Positions 1 to 12,363 of a DNA stretch of 64,000 nucleotides are shown in pieces (within the stretch, counting starts at the first letter, position 1; each line of letters begins with the position of its first letter). The position numbers and the translations under genes were made by a program. This DNA is from Escherichia phage JEP8, in the sequence record MT764208.1; one strand, given 5' to 3'. Below the pieces are notes generated by a model. It saw only the letters and a program-made list of their open reading frames with translations, searched no databases and was not told where the DNA came from.

Positions 1-2321
<2,321 letters not shown>

Positions 2322-2352
2322 CGATAATGCATAAAAAGATGAGGAAATTCTA

Positions 2353-4353
2353 ATGACTCTATTATCACCGGGTTTCGAAACGAAAGAAACTACTCTCTCC
2401 ACTACCATTGTGCAATCTGCGACTGGTCGCGCGGCACTGGTAGGTAAATTCCAATGGGGTCCAGCTTTCCAGATTATTCAAGTAACTAATGAAGTTGAAT
2501 TAGTTAATAAATTTGGTCAGCCGGATAATAACACCGCAGACTATTTCATGAGCGGGGCTAACTTCCTCCAGTACGGTAATGACCTGCGTGTTGTTCGTGT
2601 ATTGAATAAAGAAAAAGCGAAAAACGCAACCGCACTGGCTGGTAACGTCGAGTTTGAAATCACAAACGAAGGTTCAAACTATGAAGTAGGCGATACTATC
2701 AAGATTAAACATAACCGTCAAGATATTGAAACGGCGGGTAAAGTAACTAAAGTTGATGGTGATGGTAAAGTTAAGGGCGTATTTATCCCAACTGGTAAAA
2801 TTATCGCTCACGCTAAAGCAATCGGTGTATATCCAGAACTCGATGGCGGTTGGACGGCAGAGTTCACTTCTTCGTCAGGTAACGGTAGTGCGGCGCTGTC
2901 AGTAACTAAAATTGTCACTGATTCCGGTCTTCTGTTAACGGATCTGGAAACTTCCCGCGCCAATATCACAAATCAAACTTTCTTGACTAAACTCAAGAAA
3001 TATGATATGCCAGCGGTAAGCGCGATCTATGCTGGTGAGATTGGAAACTCGCTGGAAGTTGAAATTCTGGCGCGTAGTGCGTTTAAGAACACTGCACCGG
3101 ATCTGACCATGTATCCTTATGGTGGCGAGCGCACCGCAGCACGCAACCTGATTCCATATGCACCGCAGAATGATAATCAATATGCGTTTATTGTTCGTCG
3201 TGATGGTGTTGTGGTAGAATCCTATGTACTGTCTACTCTGAAAGGGGATAAAGACGTATACGGCAATTCTATCTATATGGACGACTTCTTTGCTCGTGGT
3301 TCTAGCCAGTACATCTATGCAACCGCTCAAGGGTGGGTAGATGGTTTCAGTGGTATTATCTCTCTTGCTGGTGGTGTTTCTGCTAACGAAGCAACGACTG
3401 CTGGTGTTGGTGCTGATCCGTTCATCGGTGCGATGATGCAAGGATGGGATCTGTTTGCTGAACGTGAATCTATTCACGTAAACCTGTTGATTGCTGGTGC
3501 ATGTGCTGGCGAAGGCGATGCGTTCTCTACCGTACAGAAACATGCTGTTTCCATCGGTGATGAGCGTCAGGATTGCTTAGTAATGGTTTCTCCGCCGCGT
3601 AGCACTGTTGTTAATATTCCGGTGACTACTGCAATTGATAACCTGATTGCATGGCGCGAAGGTTCAGGAAACTATAATGAAAACAACATGAACATTAATA
3701 CCACTTACGCGGTTATTGATGGTAACTACAAATATCAGTATGACAAATACAACGACGTAAACCGTTGGGTTCCGTTGGCTGCTGATATTGCTGGTTTGTG
3801 CGCTCGTACTGATGCTGTATCCCAGCCGTGGATGAGTCCGGCAGGTTATAACCGTGGTCAGATCATGAACGTGGTTAAACTGGCAATTGAGCCTCGCAAG
3901 GCGCACCGCGATCGTCTGTATCAGGCCGCAATTAACCCGGTAATCGGTGCTGGTGGTGAAGGGTTTATCCTGATGGGTGATAAAACCGCTACGACTGTTC
4001 CTAGCCCGTTTGACCGCATTAACGTTCGTCGTCTGTTTAACATGCTGAAAAAGAATATCGGCGATTCAAGCAAATACAAACTGTTTGAAAACAACGATAA
4101 CTTTACTCGCGCTTCCTTCCGTATGGAGGTTTCGCAATATCTCAGCACGATTCGCTCTCTGGGTGGCATTTATGACTTCCGAGTACAATGCGACACCACG
4201 AATAACACGCCGGATGTAATTGATCGTAACGAATTTGTTGCTAGTATGTTCATCAAACCAGCAAAATCGATCAACTATATCATGCTCAATTTCACTGCTG
4301 TTGCAACTGGTTCTGATTTTGACGAAATTATCGGTCCAGCTAACCAGGCATAA
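2353..4353 (+). CDS. 18: tail sheath protein (gp18-like)
   Basis: 666 aa; N-terminus MTLLSPGFETKETT… and overall match to T4 gp18; RBS GAGGAAA upstream. Confidence 0.93.
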   Translation: MTLLSPGFETKETTLSTTIVQSATGRAALVGKFQWGPAFQIIQVTNEVELVNKFGQPDNNTADYFMSGANFLQYGNDLRVVRVLNKEKAKNATALAGNVEFEITNEGSNYEVGDTIKIKHNRQDIETAGKVTKVDGDGKVKGVFIPTGKIIAHAKAIGVYPELDGGWTAEFTSSSGNGSAALSVTKIVTDSGLLLTDLETSRANITNQTFLTKLKKYDMPAVSAIYAGEIGNSLEVEILARSAFKNTAPDLTMYPYGGERTAARNLIPYAPQNDNQYAFIVRRDGVVVESYVLSTLKGDKDVYGNSIYMDDFFARGSSQYIYATAQGWVDGFSGIISLAGGVSANEATTAGVGADPFIGAMMQGWDLFAERESIHVNLLIAGACAGEGDAFSTVQKHAVSIGDERQDCLVMVSPPRSTVVNIPVTTAIDNLIAWREGSGNYNENNMNINTTYAVIDGNYKYQYDKYNDVNRWVPLAADIAGLCARTDAVSQPWMSPAGYNRGQIMNVVKLAIEPRKAHRDRLYQAAINPVIGAGGEGFILMGDKTATTVPSPFDRINVRRLFNMLKKNIGDSSKYKLFENNDNFTRASFRMEVSQYLSTIRSLGGIYDFRVQCDTTNNTPDVIDRNEFVASMFIKPAKSINYIMLNFTAVATGSDFDEIIGPANQA

Positions 4354-4386
4354 TCAGTAAATTGGCATAGATTAAAAGTTAAATCA

Positions 4387-4407
4387 AGCGGGGAGAAAAT
4401 CCCCGCT
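4387..4407 (+). other. intercistronic GC-rich stem-loop between genes 18 and 19
   Basis: inverted repeat AGCGGGGA-gaaaa-TCCCCGCT; no downstream T-run, so probably an RNA structural element rather than a terminator. Confidence 0.5.
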
Positions 4408-4426
4408 CTATTAAGGAATATCAATT

Positions 4427-4921
4427 ATGGCACTCGATTTGAATGATATTACACGCGGTTTCGAGTCTGGCGATTTTGCTCGTCCTAACCTGTTTGAAGT
4501 TGAGATCCCGTATCTGGGGCAAAACTTTAAGCTGATGTGTAAGGCTGCGACTGTCCCGGCTGCTACCGTAGAAAAAATTGCTATAGGCTATCAAAACCGT
4601 AAAATTAACATCGCTGGCGACCGTGTATACGACGACTGGACCATCACTGTATTCAACGATGACGCACACAAGATCCGTGATGCTATCGTTGCATGGAGCG
4701 ATCAGACACACGGCACTGGTTCGGCGATCACTGGTGCAACTCCTGCACAATATAAGAAACAAGCTATTGTTCGTCAACTTAACCGTAACACCGAATCAAC
4801 TAGCGAAAAAACATTGTACGGTATTTTCCCTACCAACGTTGGTGAAGTAACCCTCGATTGGGAACAAAACAACGAAGTTGAAACGTTTGAAGTTACTTTT
4901 GCTATCGATTGGGTAGAATAA
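4427..4921 (+). CDS. 19: tail tube protein (gp19-like)
   Basis: 164 aa; …FESGDFARPNLFEVEIPYLGQNF…; matches T4 gp19 and is paralogous to the gp54 N-terminus. Confidence 0.9.
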   Translation: MALDLNDITRGFESGDFARPNLFEVEIPYLGQNFKLMCKAATVPAATVEKIAIGYQNRKINIAGDRVYDDWTITVFNDDAHKIRDAIVAWSDQTHGTGSAITGATPAQYKKQAIVRQLNRNTESTSEKTLYGIFPTNVGEVTLDWEQNNEVETFEVTFAIDWVE

Positions 4922-4933
4922 ATATATTATCAT

Positions 4934-4952
4934 GCGGGGAGAAGTTCCCCGC
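4934..4952 (+). other. intercistronic stem-loop between genes 19 and 20
   Basis: GCGGGGA-gaagt-TCCCCGC, nearly the same hairpin as at 4387. Confidence 0.5.
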
Positions 4953-4979
4953 CTAATTTCTCCCAATTCGAGGTGAATA

Positions 4980-6545
4980 ATGTTTAGTAGATTAAAAATG
5001 CTTGCGCGTTGGGCTGATTTTGACAACGACAAATACGAAGAACAAATTAAAGATAAAGCAGAGTCTATCGCCGCACCTAAAAACAATGATGGTGCTACGG
5101 AAGTAGAAATTAACGATAATTCACCTGCTAGCTCGTGGAACTCTCTTACCCAGCAATTTTACAGCACAGACCAGAAAATCAGCACAACTAAGCAATTAGT
5201 TAACACATATCGCGGTTTGATGAATAACCATGAAGTCGAAAACGCTGTACAAAATATCGTTAACGATGCGATTGTATTTGAAGAAGGTCATGAAGTTGTT
5301 TCATTAAATCTTGAGGCGACTGGCTTTAGTGAATCTGTAAAAGAGCGCATTCATGAAGAATTTAAAGATCTTTTAAACACTATCCAGTTTGATAGGCGCG
5401 GTCAGGATATGTTCCGTCGCTGGTATGTCGATTCGCGTATTTTCTTCCATAAAATCATCGGCAAAAATCCAAAAGATGGTATCGTAGAATTACGCCAGCT
5501 TGACCCACGTAATCTTGAATATGTTCGCGAGATCATTACAGAAGACACACCGGAAGGTAAAATTTATAAAGCAACGAAAGAATATTTCATTTACACCGTA
5601 GGCAATAGTTCTTATTGCGCGGGTGGTCAAGTATTCTCTCCCAATAGTCGCGTTAAAATCCCGCGTAGTGCTATTACATACGCTCACAGCGGCTTGATGG
5701 ATTGCGATGATAAATATATCATTGGTTATTTGCATCGGGCGGTTAAGCCAGCAAACCAGCTTAAATTGTTGGAAGACGCAATGGTCGTTTATCGTATCAC
5801 GCGTGCACCGGAACGCCGAGTGTTCTTTATTGATACCGGAAACATGAACAACCGCAAGGCTGCACAGCACATGAACTCAGTGGCACAGTCTTTTAAAAAC
5901 CGCGTTGTTTATGATGCATCGACTGGTAAACTTAAAAACCAGCAAGCAAATCTATCAATGACAGAGGACTACTGGTTACAGCGTCGAGATGGTAAAGCAA
6001 TCACCGACGTTACTACTTTACCCGGTGCATCCGGTATGAGTGATATCGATGATATTCGCTACTTTAACCGTAAGTTGTATGAAGCGTTGCGTGTGCCATT
6101 GTCACGTAGTAATCTCTCCGATGCTAATATGGTGATCGGTGGTGACGGTTCAGAAATTACTCGCGATGAGTTGGAATTTTCGAAATTCATTAGAACTCTG
6201 CAATCACAGTTTTCGGAAGTATTGCGCGATCCTCTGAAATATAATCTGATTCTCAAAAATGTAATTACGGAAGACGATTGGGATCGTGAAATAAATAATA
6301 TCAAGGTGGTTTTCCATCGGGACTCTTACTATACAGAAGTTAAAGACGCGGAAATTTTAGAACGTCGAATCGGTCTAATCGAACGTATTACACCTTACAT
6401 TGGTAAATATTTCTCTAACCAGACAGTGATGCGTGACATTCTGAAATATACCGATGACCAGATGGACACCGAGAAGAAACAGATCGAAGAAGAAGCGAAC
6501 GATCCGCGCTTTAAACAAACTCCCGATGAAATAGAGGATTTTTAA
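4980..6545 (+). CDS. 20: portal vertex protein (gp20-like)
   Basis: 521 aa in the T4 gene-20 position; conserved portal core. Confidence 0.93.
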   Translation: MFSRLKMLARWADFDNDKYEEQIKDKAESIAAPKNNDGATEVEINDNSPASSWNSLTQQFYSTDQKISTTKQLVNTYRGLMNNHEVENAVQNIVNDAIVFEEGHEVVSLNLEATGFSESVKERIHEEFKDLLNTIQFDRRGQDMFRRWYVDSRIFFHKIIGKNPKDGIVELRQLDPRNLEYVREIITEDTPEGKIYKATKEYFIYTVGNSSYCAGGQVFSPNSRVKIPRSAITYAHSGLMDCDDKYIIGYLHRAVKPANQLKLLEDAMVVYRITRAPERRVFFIDTGNMNNRKAAQHMNSVAQSFKNRVVYDASTGKLKNQQANLSMTEDYWLQRRDGKAITDVTTLPGASGMSDIDDIRYFNRKLYEALRVPLSRSNLSDANMVIGGDGSEITRDELEFSKFIRTLQSQFSEVLRDPLKYNLILKNVITEDDWDREINNIKVVFHRDSYYTEVKDAEILERRIGLIERITPYIGKYFSNQTVMRDILKYTDDQMDTEKKQIEEEANDPRFKQTPDEIEDF

Positions 6546-6788
6546 ATGAAACAATTTATCGAAGCAATTAAAACTCGCGATCTAACGCTGATCGAAAAAG
6601 AATTTGATAAGATCATGGAGGCTAAAAAAGCCCAGATCATCGAATCCCAGCGTGTCGAAATCGCATCCAGTATCATGATCGAAGGTGAAGAAGAAAAAGA
6701 CCGCGATGATGAAGAAGATATGGAAGATGAGGACGACGAAGACGAAGATCGCAAAGACGATAAAAAAGACAAAGAAGACGACGAATAA
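6546..6788 (+). CDS. 67: prohead core protein (gp67-like)
   Basis: 80 aa with a highly acidic C-terminal tract (EDMEDEDDEDEDRKDDKKDKEDDE), like T4 gp67; position between 20 and 68. Confidence 0.7.
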   Translation: MKQFIEAIKTRDLTLIEKEFDKIMEAKKAQIIESQRVEIASSIMIEGEEEKDRDDEEDMEDEDDEDEDRKDDKKDKEDDE

Positions 6789-6800
6789 TAGGAAGCCAAC

Positions 6801-7208
6801 ATGATTAAAGATTTTACTCCTAAAGCTGACTTAGAAACTTTTCTGCCGGAAGCACAGGAAAAATTGGACATGTTGGCTATGTTTGAGTCAGAAGAACTAT
6901 TGAAAATCGTTGAAGGTATCTCCGAGGATGAGCCTGAACTGGCGGTAGCAATGCTGTCTATCATCGACGGAATTACTGTAAATGAAGCAATGGTTAAACA
7001 TGTAAACGCACGCGGGGAAGTTGCACGTAAGAAAGATCGCAAAACCCGTGAGCGTAATGCTTACATGACTACTGGCCTAAGCAAAGCTAAACGCCGTCAA
7101 ATTGCCCGTCGTGCTGCAAAAACCAAACGTGCAAATCCATCTATCGAACGTCATGCGGAACGTAAGCGCAAAAAAGCAATGCGTAAACGTAAGGCGTTAG
7201 GATTATAA
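6801..7208 (+). CDS. 68: prohead core protein (gp68-like)
   Basis: 135 aa, basic C-terminus; synteny between 67 and 21. Confidence 0.65.
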   Translation: MIKDFTPKADLETFLPEAQEKLDMLAMFESEELLKIVEGISEDEPELAVAMLSIIDGITVNEAMVKHVNARGEVARKKDRKTRERNAYMTTGLSKAKRRQIARRAAKTKRANPSIERHAERKRKKAMRKRKALGL

Positions 7209-7219
7209 CAGGAAACAAC

Positions 7220-7915
7220 ATGGAAAAGAACGAATTACTGATCGAACAATGGGGCGTTCCTTGTGCTCGCGGTAGTTCGTCATTGCTTGAATCATTTGAT
7301 GATAAGGCTACAGGAAATCTCTATATTCAAGGGATTTTCCTGCAAGCCGAAACAGTAAACCGCAATAAACGCTGGTATCCTCGCAGTGTTCTAGAAAATG
7401 CGGTTACTAAATACATACATGAACAAGTTGAGACACATCAAGCTCTAGGCGAACTTAATCACCCAGCAAGAGCAATGCCAGATCCATCTAATGCTTGCAT
7501 CATAATTGAAAAATTATGGTGGGAAGGTAATAACGTGATGGGTAAAGCCCGTGTTATTGAAGGGGATAAAGGCGCAGGTGATAAACTTGCTGCACTGATT
7601 CGCGCTGGCTGGATTCCTGGCGTTTCCTCCCGTGGGTTGGGTCGGTTGAAAGACTCTGGTCGCGGATACAATATTGTACAGGAAGGTTTTGTGTTGACGG
7701 TTGGTGTTGATGTTGTTTGGGGTCCGAGCGCACCAGATGCGTGGGTAACTCCGGTGGTTGAGTCAACGGATAGCGATTCTAGCGCGTCAGACGCACCAGA
7801 AAGCGATAAAACCGAAAAAGTGACTAACCCTACAGCCTCACAACAAAACATCGTAGAATCGAATAATAGCGCGTTTATGGCGCTCGCAGAAGCGTTATCT
7901 AAACGCTATAAATAA
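7220..7915 (+). CDS. 21: prohead core scaffold protein and protease (gp21-like)
   Basis: 231 aa; …GIFLQAETVNRNKRWYP…GELNHP…RAGWIPGVSSRGLG… matches T4 gp21. Confidence 0.88.
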   Translation: MEKNELLIEQWGVPCARGSSSLLESFDDKATGNLYIQGIFLQAETVNRNKRWYPRSVLENAVTKYIHEQVETHQALGELNHPARAMPDPSNACIIIEKLWWEGNNVMGKARVIEGDKGAGDKLAALIRAGWIPGVSSRGLGRLKDSGRGYNIVQEGFVLTVGVDVVWGPSAPDAWVTPVVESTDSDSSASDAPESDKTEKVTNPTASQQNIVESNNSAFMALAEALSKRYK

Positions 7916-7946
7916 TAACGTCGTTATCAACAAGAAGGTTATAACC

Positions 7947-8741
7947 ATGCTTAAAGAAATGCTGCTCGAAGAAGCAAAACAGATCACCGTAGACGTTGCT
8001 CTCGATGACCTGTTTGAATCCGTCGAACTGTCGCCGGAAGTAAAAGAAAATTTTGGTACTATCTACGCTCAGGCGGTAAAAGCTAATGCTGTTGCTCTGG
8101 CAGAAAGCCACATTGAAAAAATCGCCGCTAAAGCCGATGAACTGGTAGAATCAAAGGTCGAAGAAGCACGCACCGAGATTGAAACCAAACTGTACGAAGA
8201 TGCAGATAAATTCCTGAATCACTTAGGCGCTAAATGGCTGGCAGAAAATAAAGAAGCCGTTACCCGTAATATTAAAGCGGATCTGTGCGAATCCCTGATT
8301 GGTTCTCTGAAAGATGTTTTCGTTACTCACAATGTTGTAGTACCGGAAGAATCTGTAGACGTTGTTGCTGAACTTGACGAAGCACTCAAAGAAGAAAAAG
8401 AAAAAACCTCTGAACTCTTTGATGCCAAACTGCAACTTGAAAGCGAAATTCGTGGCATGAAGCGCGAACAAGCGATCAATGAAAGCACTCGTGATCTTTC
8501 CGATACTCAGAAAGAAAAAGTAACCGCGCTGATTGAAGGTCTGGAATATAGCGAAACTTTCGATAAGAAATTAACTGCAATTGTCGAAATGGTTGCTAAG
8601 AAAGAAGACAAACAAGCGAAGATTGAAGAATCACTAAATACTGATGCCGACAAGCTGAATGTTATTGCAGAAAATGTCGAAAAATCAGATAAAAAGGCAA
8701 CTGTAGATTCCGGCGTATCCCGCTACCTGAATTTCATCTAA
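7947..8741 (+). CDS. 22: prohead scaffold protein (gp22-like)
   Basis: 264 aa, acidic coiled-coil-rich; gene-22 position. Confidence 0.8.
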   Translation: MLKEMLLEEAKQITVDVALDDLFESVELSPEVKENFGTIYAQAVKANAVALAESHIEKIAAKADELVESKVEEARTEIETKLYEDADKFLNHLGAKWLAENKEAVTRNIKADLCESLIGSLKDVFVTHNVVVPEESVDVVAELDEALKEEKEKTSELFDAKLQLESEIRGMKREQAINESTRDLSDTQKEKVTALIEGLEYSETFDKKLTAIVEMVAKKEDKQAKIEESLNTDADKLNVIAENVEKSDKKATVDSGVSRYLNFI

Positions 8742-8759
8742 TGTAATTCAAATCTACTT

Positions 8760-8767
8760 TATAAATA
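8760..8767 (+). promoter_or_regulatory. T4-type late promoter TATAAATA upstream of gene 23
   Basis: exact TATAAATA about 35 nt upstream of the major capsid gene start. Confidence 0.65.
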
Positions 8768-8800
8768 CTTTAGGTTAACAACAAACAAGGTTTAAAGAAC

Positions 8801-10387
8801 ATGAAAACTACCAAAGAACTGATGGAAAAATGGTCCCCGCTGCTGGAGAACGAAAAACTGCCGGAAATCGCAACTGCGTCTAAGCAGAAACTGGTTGCTA
8901 AAATTCTGGAATCTCAGGAAGCGGATTTTGCTGTAGACCCGATCTATAAGGATGAAAAAGTTGTTGAAGCATTCGGTGGCTTTATCGCAGAAGCCGAAGT
9001 TGCTGGCGACCACGGTTATGACGCATCTAATATCGCGGCTGGTCAGACTACCGGTGCAATCACCAACGTAGGTCCGGCTGTTATCGGTATGGTTCGCCGT
9101 GCTATCCCTAACCTGATTGCATTTGATATTTGTGGTGTTCAGCCGATGAGCACTCCGACTAGCCAGATCTTTGCAATCCGTTCTGTATACGGTGGCGATC
9201 CGCTGAAATCTGGTGCTCGCGAAGCATTCCATCCGATGTATGCACCTGATGCGTTCCATAGCTCTCTTGCTGCTAAAGAGGCAACTGTAGGTTCACCAAC
9301 TGGTACTGCATTCGCTAAACTAACTCTTTCCCAGGCTATCGCTGCTGGTGATATCGTATATCACACCTTCGCAGAAACTGGTATTGCTTATCTGCAAAAC
9401 GTAACTGGTGATTCTGTAACACCACAGAAAGTAGGTAGCGAATCCGAAGATGAAGTAGTAATGAAGCTGATTGAAGAAGGTAAATTGGCTGAAATCGCTT
9501 TCGGTATGGCTACTTCCATTGCCGAAATTCAGGAAGGCTTTAACGGTTCCAGCAATAACCCGTGGGCTGAAATGTCAATGCGTATTGACAAACAGGTTGT
9601 TGAAGCGAAATCTCGCCAACTGAAAGCCCGTTATTCTATCGAAGTTGCGCAGGATCTGCGTGCTGTACACGGTATGGATGCTGATGCCGAACTGAATGCT
9701 ATCCTGGCTAACGAAGTTCTGCTGGAAATCAACCGTGAAATCGTTGACGTTATCAACTTTACCGCTCAGGTTGGTAAAACTGGTATGACTCAGACCGTTG
9801 GTTCTAAAGCTGGTGTATTTGACCTGCAAGACCCGATCGATACTCGCGGTGCTCGTTGGGCTGGTGAATCCTTCAAATCTCTGATCTACCAGATCGACAA
9901 AGAAGCTGCTGAAATCGCTCGTCAGACTGGTCGCGGTGCGGGTAACTTTGTTATCGCTTCCCGTAACGTTGTAAACATTCTGGCTTCTGCTGATCAGGGT
10001 ATCAGTCTTGCTATGCAGGGTGCTGCAAAAGGTCTGAATACCGACACCACTAAAGCTGTTTTCGCTGGTGTTCTGGCTGGTAAGTACAAAGTGTTCATCG
10101 ACCAGTATGCTCGTCAAGACTACTTCACCGTAGGTTACAAAGGCGACAACGAAATGGATGCTGGTATCTACTATGCTCCGTATGTTGCTCTGACTCCGCT
10201 GCGTGCAACTGACCCGCAGTCTTTCCACCCGGTTCTGGGCTTCAAGACTCGCTATGGCATCGGCATTAACCCGTTTGCAGACAGCAAATCCCAGGCACCG
10301 TCCGCTCGCATCACCTCCGGTATGTTGAGCAAAGACAGCGTAGGTAAAAACGCATACTTCCGTCGTGTATGGGTTAAAGGTTGCTAA
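8801..10387 (+). CDS. 23: major capsid protein (gp23-like)
   Basis: 528 aa; near-colinear match to T4 gp23 (…MVRRAIPNLIAFDICGVQPM…YFTVGYKG…GKNAYFRRV…). Confidence 0.97.
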   Translation: MKTTKELMEKWSPLLENEKLPEIATASKQKLVAKILESQEADFAVDPIYKDEKVVEAFGGFIAEAEVAGDHGYDASNIAAGQTTGAITNVGPAVIGMVRRAIPNLIAFDICGVQPMSTPTSQIFAIRSVYGGDPLKSGAREAFHPMYAPDAFHSSLAAKEATVGSPTGTAFAKLTLSQAIAAGDIVYHTFAETGIAYLQNVTGDSVTPQKVGSESEDEVVMKLIEEGKLAEIAFGMATSIAEIQEGFNGSSNNPWAEMSMRIDKQVVEAKSRQLKARYSIEVAQDLRAVHGMDADAELNAILANEVLLEINREIVDVINFTAQVGKTGMTQTVGSKAGVFDLQDPIDTRGARWAGESFKSLIYQIDKEAAEIARQTGRGAGNFVIASRNVVNILASADQGISLAMQGAAKGLNTDTTKAVFAGVLAGKYKVFIDQYARQDYFTVGYKGDNEMDAGIYYAPYVALTPLRATDPQSFHPVLGFKTRYGIGINPFADSKSQAPSARITSGMLSKDSVGKNAYFRRVWVKGC

Positions 10388-10470
10388 TATAAGCCATTCC
10401 TGAAAACTCCGGTCGGGTGCAATACCCGACTTATCATAAACCTTATGACAGTGTAAAGTGTTAATTCCAA

Positions 10471-10502
10471 AGGGAAGACTCGAAAGGGTCTTCCCTTTTT
10501 GC
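10471..10502 (+). terminator. rho-independent terminator after gene 23
   Basis: 9-bp stem AGGGAAGAC/GTCTTCCCT followed by TTTTT. Confidence 0.7.
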
Positions 10503-10885
10503 GTATTATAACCAGTTATAAATAAGGTTGCAAGCCTATATTCTATTGTGAGCGAAAATAGATACACACAACAAAGACAGGAAGATGCAGAACATCGGTG
10601 GGTTGCTAGCCTAAATCCGGTGGCTATGATATGTGATTTCTTTTGATGCTGGATTTATTAAAACACAACAAACAATTCCACCAATTTTCGTAGTAACTGC
10701 ATGGCAAAGGGACCAATGAATGAAATGAGCGTTCATGTTGATATTGGGTCGGATAGATTTGGTAGATATACAGATCTGGTGTATGCCGACCTTTTTATGA
10801 CATTCCAGCGTGACGCTAGCGGTAATTTTTGGTTTTGGTACGCTGTTCCCTGAATTAACCCCAAATTCTCCATAAGGAGGAATGC

Positions 10886-11038
10886 ATGAGTAAGAAAGAA
10901 AACAGCTATGTTATGACTCGTAAGGAATACAACGAATTGATGTTAGCATTAGCTTATGCAATTATTCGTTCTGATCATGCAATTAATCTGGTAAACAAAG
11001 TTAACCGTAGCGTTGATAATGTTTCTAGGAAGAAGTAA
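10886..11038 (+). CDS. hypothetical small protein (50 aa)
   Basis: ORF MSKKENSYVMTRKEY… preceded by a strong RBS AAGGAGG; not in ORF track (below 60 aa); coordinates approximate. Confidence 0.3.
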   Translation: MSKKENSYVMTRKEYNELMLALAYAIIRSDHAINLVNKVNRSVDNVSRKK

Positions 11039-11048
11039 GTTTATTTTG

Positions 11049-11076
11049 GAATCCTTCGGATTCCTTTTTCTTTTTG
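11049..11076 (+). terminator. rho-independent terminator upstream of gene 24
   Basis: GGAATCC-ttc-GGATTCC followed by TTTTTCTTTTT. Confidence 0.65.
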
Positions 11077-11084
11077 TATAAATA
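11077..11084 (+). promoter_or_regulatory. T4-type late promoter TATAAATA upstream of gene 24
   Basis: exact TATAAATA about 38 nt upstream of the gene 24 ATG. Confidence 0.6.
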
Positions 11085-11121
11085 TGATATATCCATTAAG
11101 GCAAATACAGGATTCATAAAC

Positions 11122-12363
11122 ATGACTCATATTTTTACTGAACTGTTGCGGGAATCTACTTCCTCAGTAGCTAACCAGACAGCGCGACCGCAACTATTAT
11201 CATTAACTCGCGCGGTAAACAACCTGATTTTCTCTGATCTGGTAGCAATCCAGCCAACGGATCAACCAGTATCTGCATTGTACGGCCTACGTTATCTTAA
11301 TCGTGATGGTCAGATGACTTTCCGAACTGCTACAACCTACGGTGGCGCGGCTGGTGATCGCACAGAGATTGAAGAGTTTTCAAAAGAAAAATCTTATGAC
11401 GAAGGCGCACTGTTCAAATCAGACGATGTTGTATACGAAGTTGTGACCGCTGGTACAGTCGGTGAAGATGCCGAAACTCCAGAAGCTGCAATCTTTAAAG
11501 GCGTAATGACAAACAAAATTCGTTTCTATAGCGATTGTGCATCGGTAGAATACTTTGAAGATAAAAACACCGAAATTTCGTCTACCTCTATGCAGTTTGA
11601 TAAATGGCAGGTTAATGTAGGTTCTCGTAAACTGAAAACCTCATTCACGACCGAATTGATGCAGGATCTTGAGGCAAGCCAAATCAACTCTGAAAACTCT
11701 GTAATTGATCTTCTGGCTACTGTTGCTTCCGAAGAGATCAACAAAGATATTATTCAGAAGTTGATCACTGTATCATCTCGCTATAAAATTAAAGGGATCA
11801 CCCCTGATGGCGTACTTTCTCTCGTTAGCGTTAAGGATGCACCAACACAAGCGCGTGAACTTTACCGCTATGCTTGCGAAATGAGCAATCAAATGTTGCG
11901 GACTTCCTCCTTTGCTGGTACATACGTTTTGGCGTCTTCTCGCGTGGTTGGCCTCCTGCAATCTACCGGATGGATGGAAGAAACCGACAATGCTCTAAGC
12001 GAAGGTCGTCTACGTTGCGGTCTGGAAGTGTACGCAGACACGACGACACCTTTCGATTATATGCTCGTTGGTTGTAAGCACATGATCGGTGATATGGAGA
12101 GTGTAGGTTCTCTGTTCTACTCCCCATATACAGAAGCCGACGGCGCTGGCGCGTATAAGAGCGTAATTGACCCTAATAGCTTCCAGCATCATGTAGCTAT
12201 TATGAATCGTTATTCACTCTCTGTCAACCCATACACATCAAAAGTTGATCAGGAAGAACACCAGGTCATCAAGGGTGACGATTGGGGTAAAATGGCTGGA
12301 CGTTCAGAAATGTCCTACATTTTAGGAATCGAACTGCCACCGCTTGAGATTGACAACGCTTAA
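11122..12363 (+). CDS. 24: head vertex protein (gp24-like)
   Basis: start placed at the internal ATG (MTHIFTELLRES…) that aligns with the T4 gp24 N-terminus; gp23 paralog. Confidence 0.9.
   Translation: MTHIFTELLRESTSSVANQTARPQLLSLTRAVNNLIFSDLVAIQPTDQPVSALYGLRYLNRDGQMTFRTATTYGGAAGDRTEIEEFSKEKSYDEGALFKSDDVVYEVVTAGTVGEDAETPEAAIFKGVMTNKIRFYSDCASVEYFEDKNTEISSTSMQFDKWQVNVGSRKLKTSFTTELMQDLEASQINSENSVIDLLATVASEEINKDIIQKLITVSSRYKIKGITPDGVLSLVSVKDAPTQARELYRYACEMSNQMLRTSSFAGTYVLASSRVVGLLQSTGWMEETDNALSEGRLRCGLEVYADTTTPFDYMLVGCKHMIGDMESVGSLFYSPYTEADGAGAYKSVIDPNSFQHHVAIMNRYSLSVNPYTSKVDQEEHQVIKGDDWGKMAGRSEMSYILGIELPPLEIDNA

Noticed and set aside
10517-10524. Exact TATAAATA late-promoter motif in the 23-24 gap
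   Set aside because: No well-supported ORF starts within about 150 nt downstream; may be a chance occurrence or a promoter for an unannotated small RNA, so not listed as a feature
9575-10567. 330-aa minus-strand ORF antisense to the major capsid gene (and similar antisense track ORFs at 2935-3543, 6542-7042, 16204-16626, 29372-29974, 55617-56219, 61344-61841)
   Set aside because: They lie entirely within well-supported conserved genes on the opposite strand, lack ribosome-binding sites and have low-complexity composition mirroring the sense gene
10701-10853. 50-aa ORF MAKGPMNEMSVHVDIGSDRF… in the 23-24 gap
   Set aside because: No recognisable ribosome-binding site and no similarity to neighbouring proteins; kept only as a note
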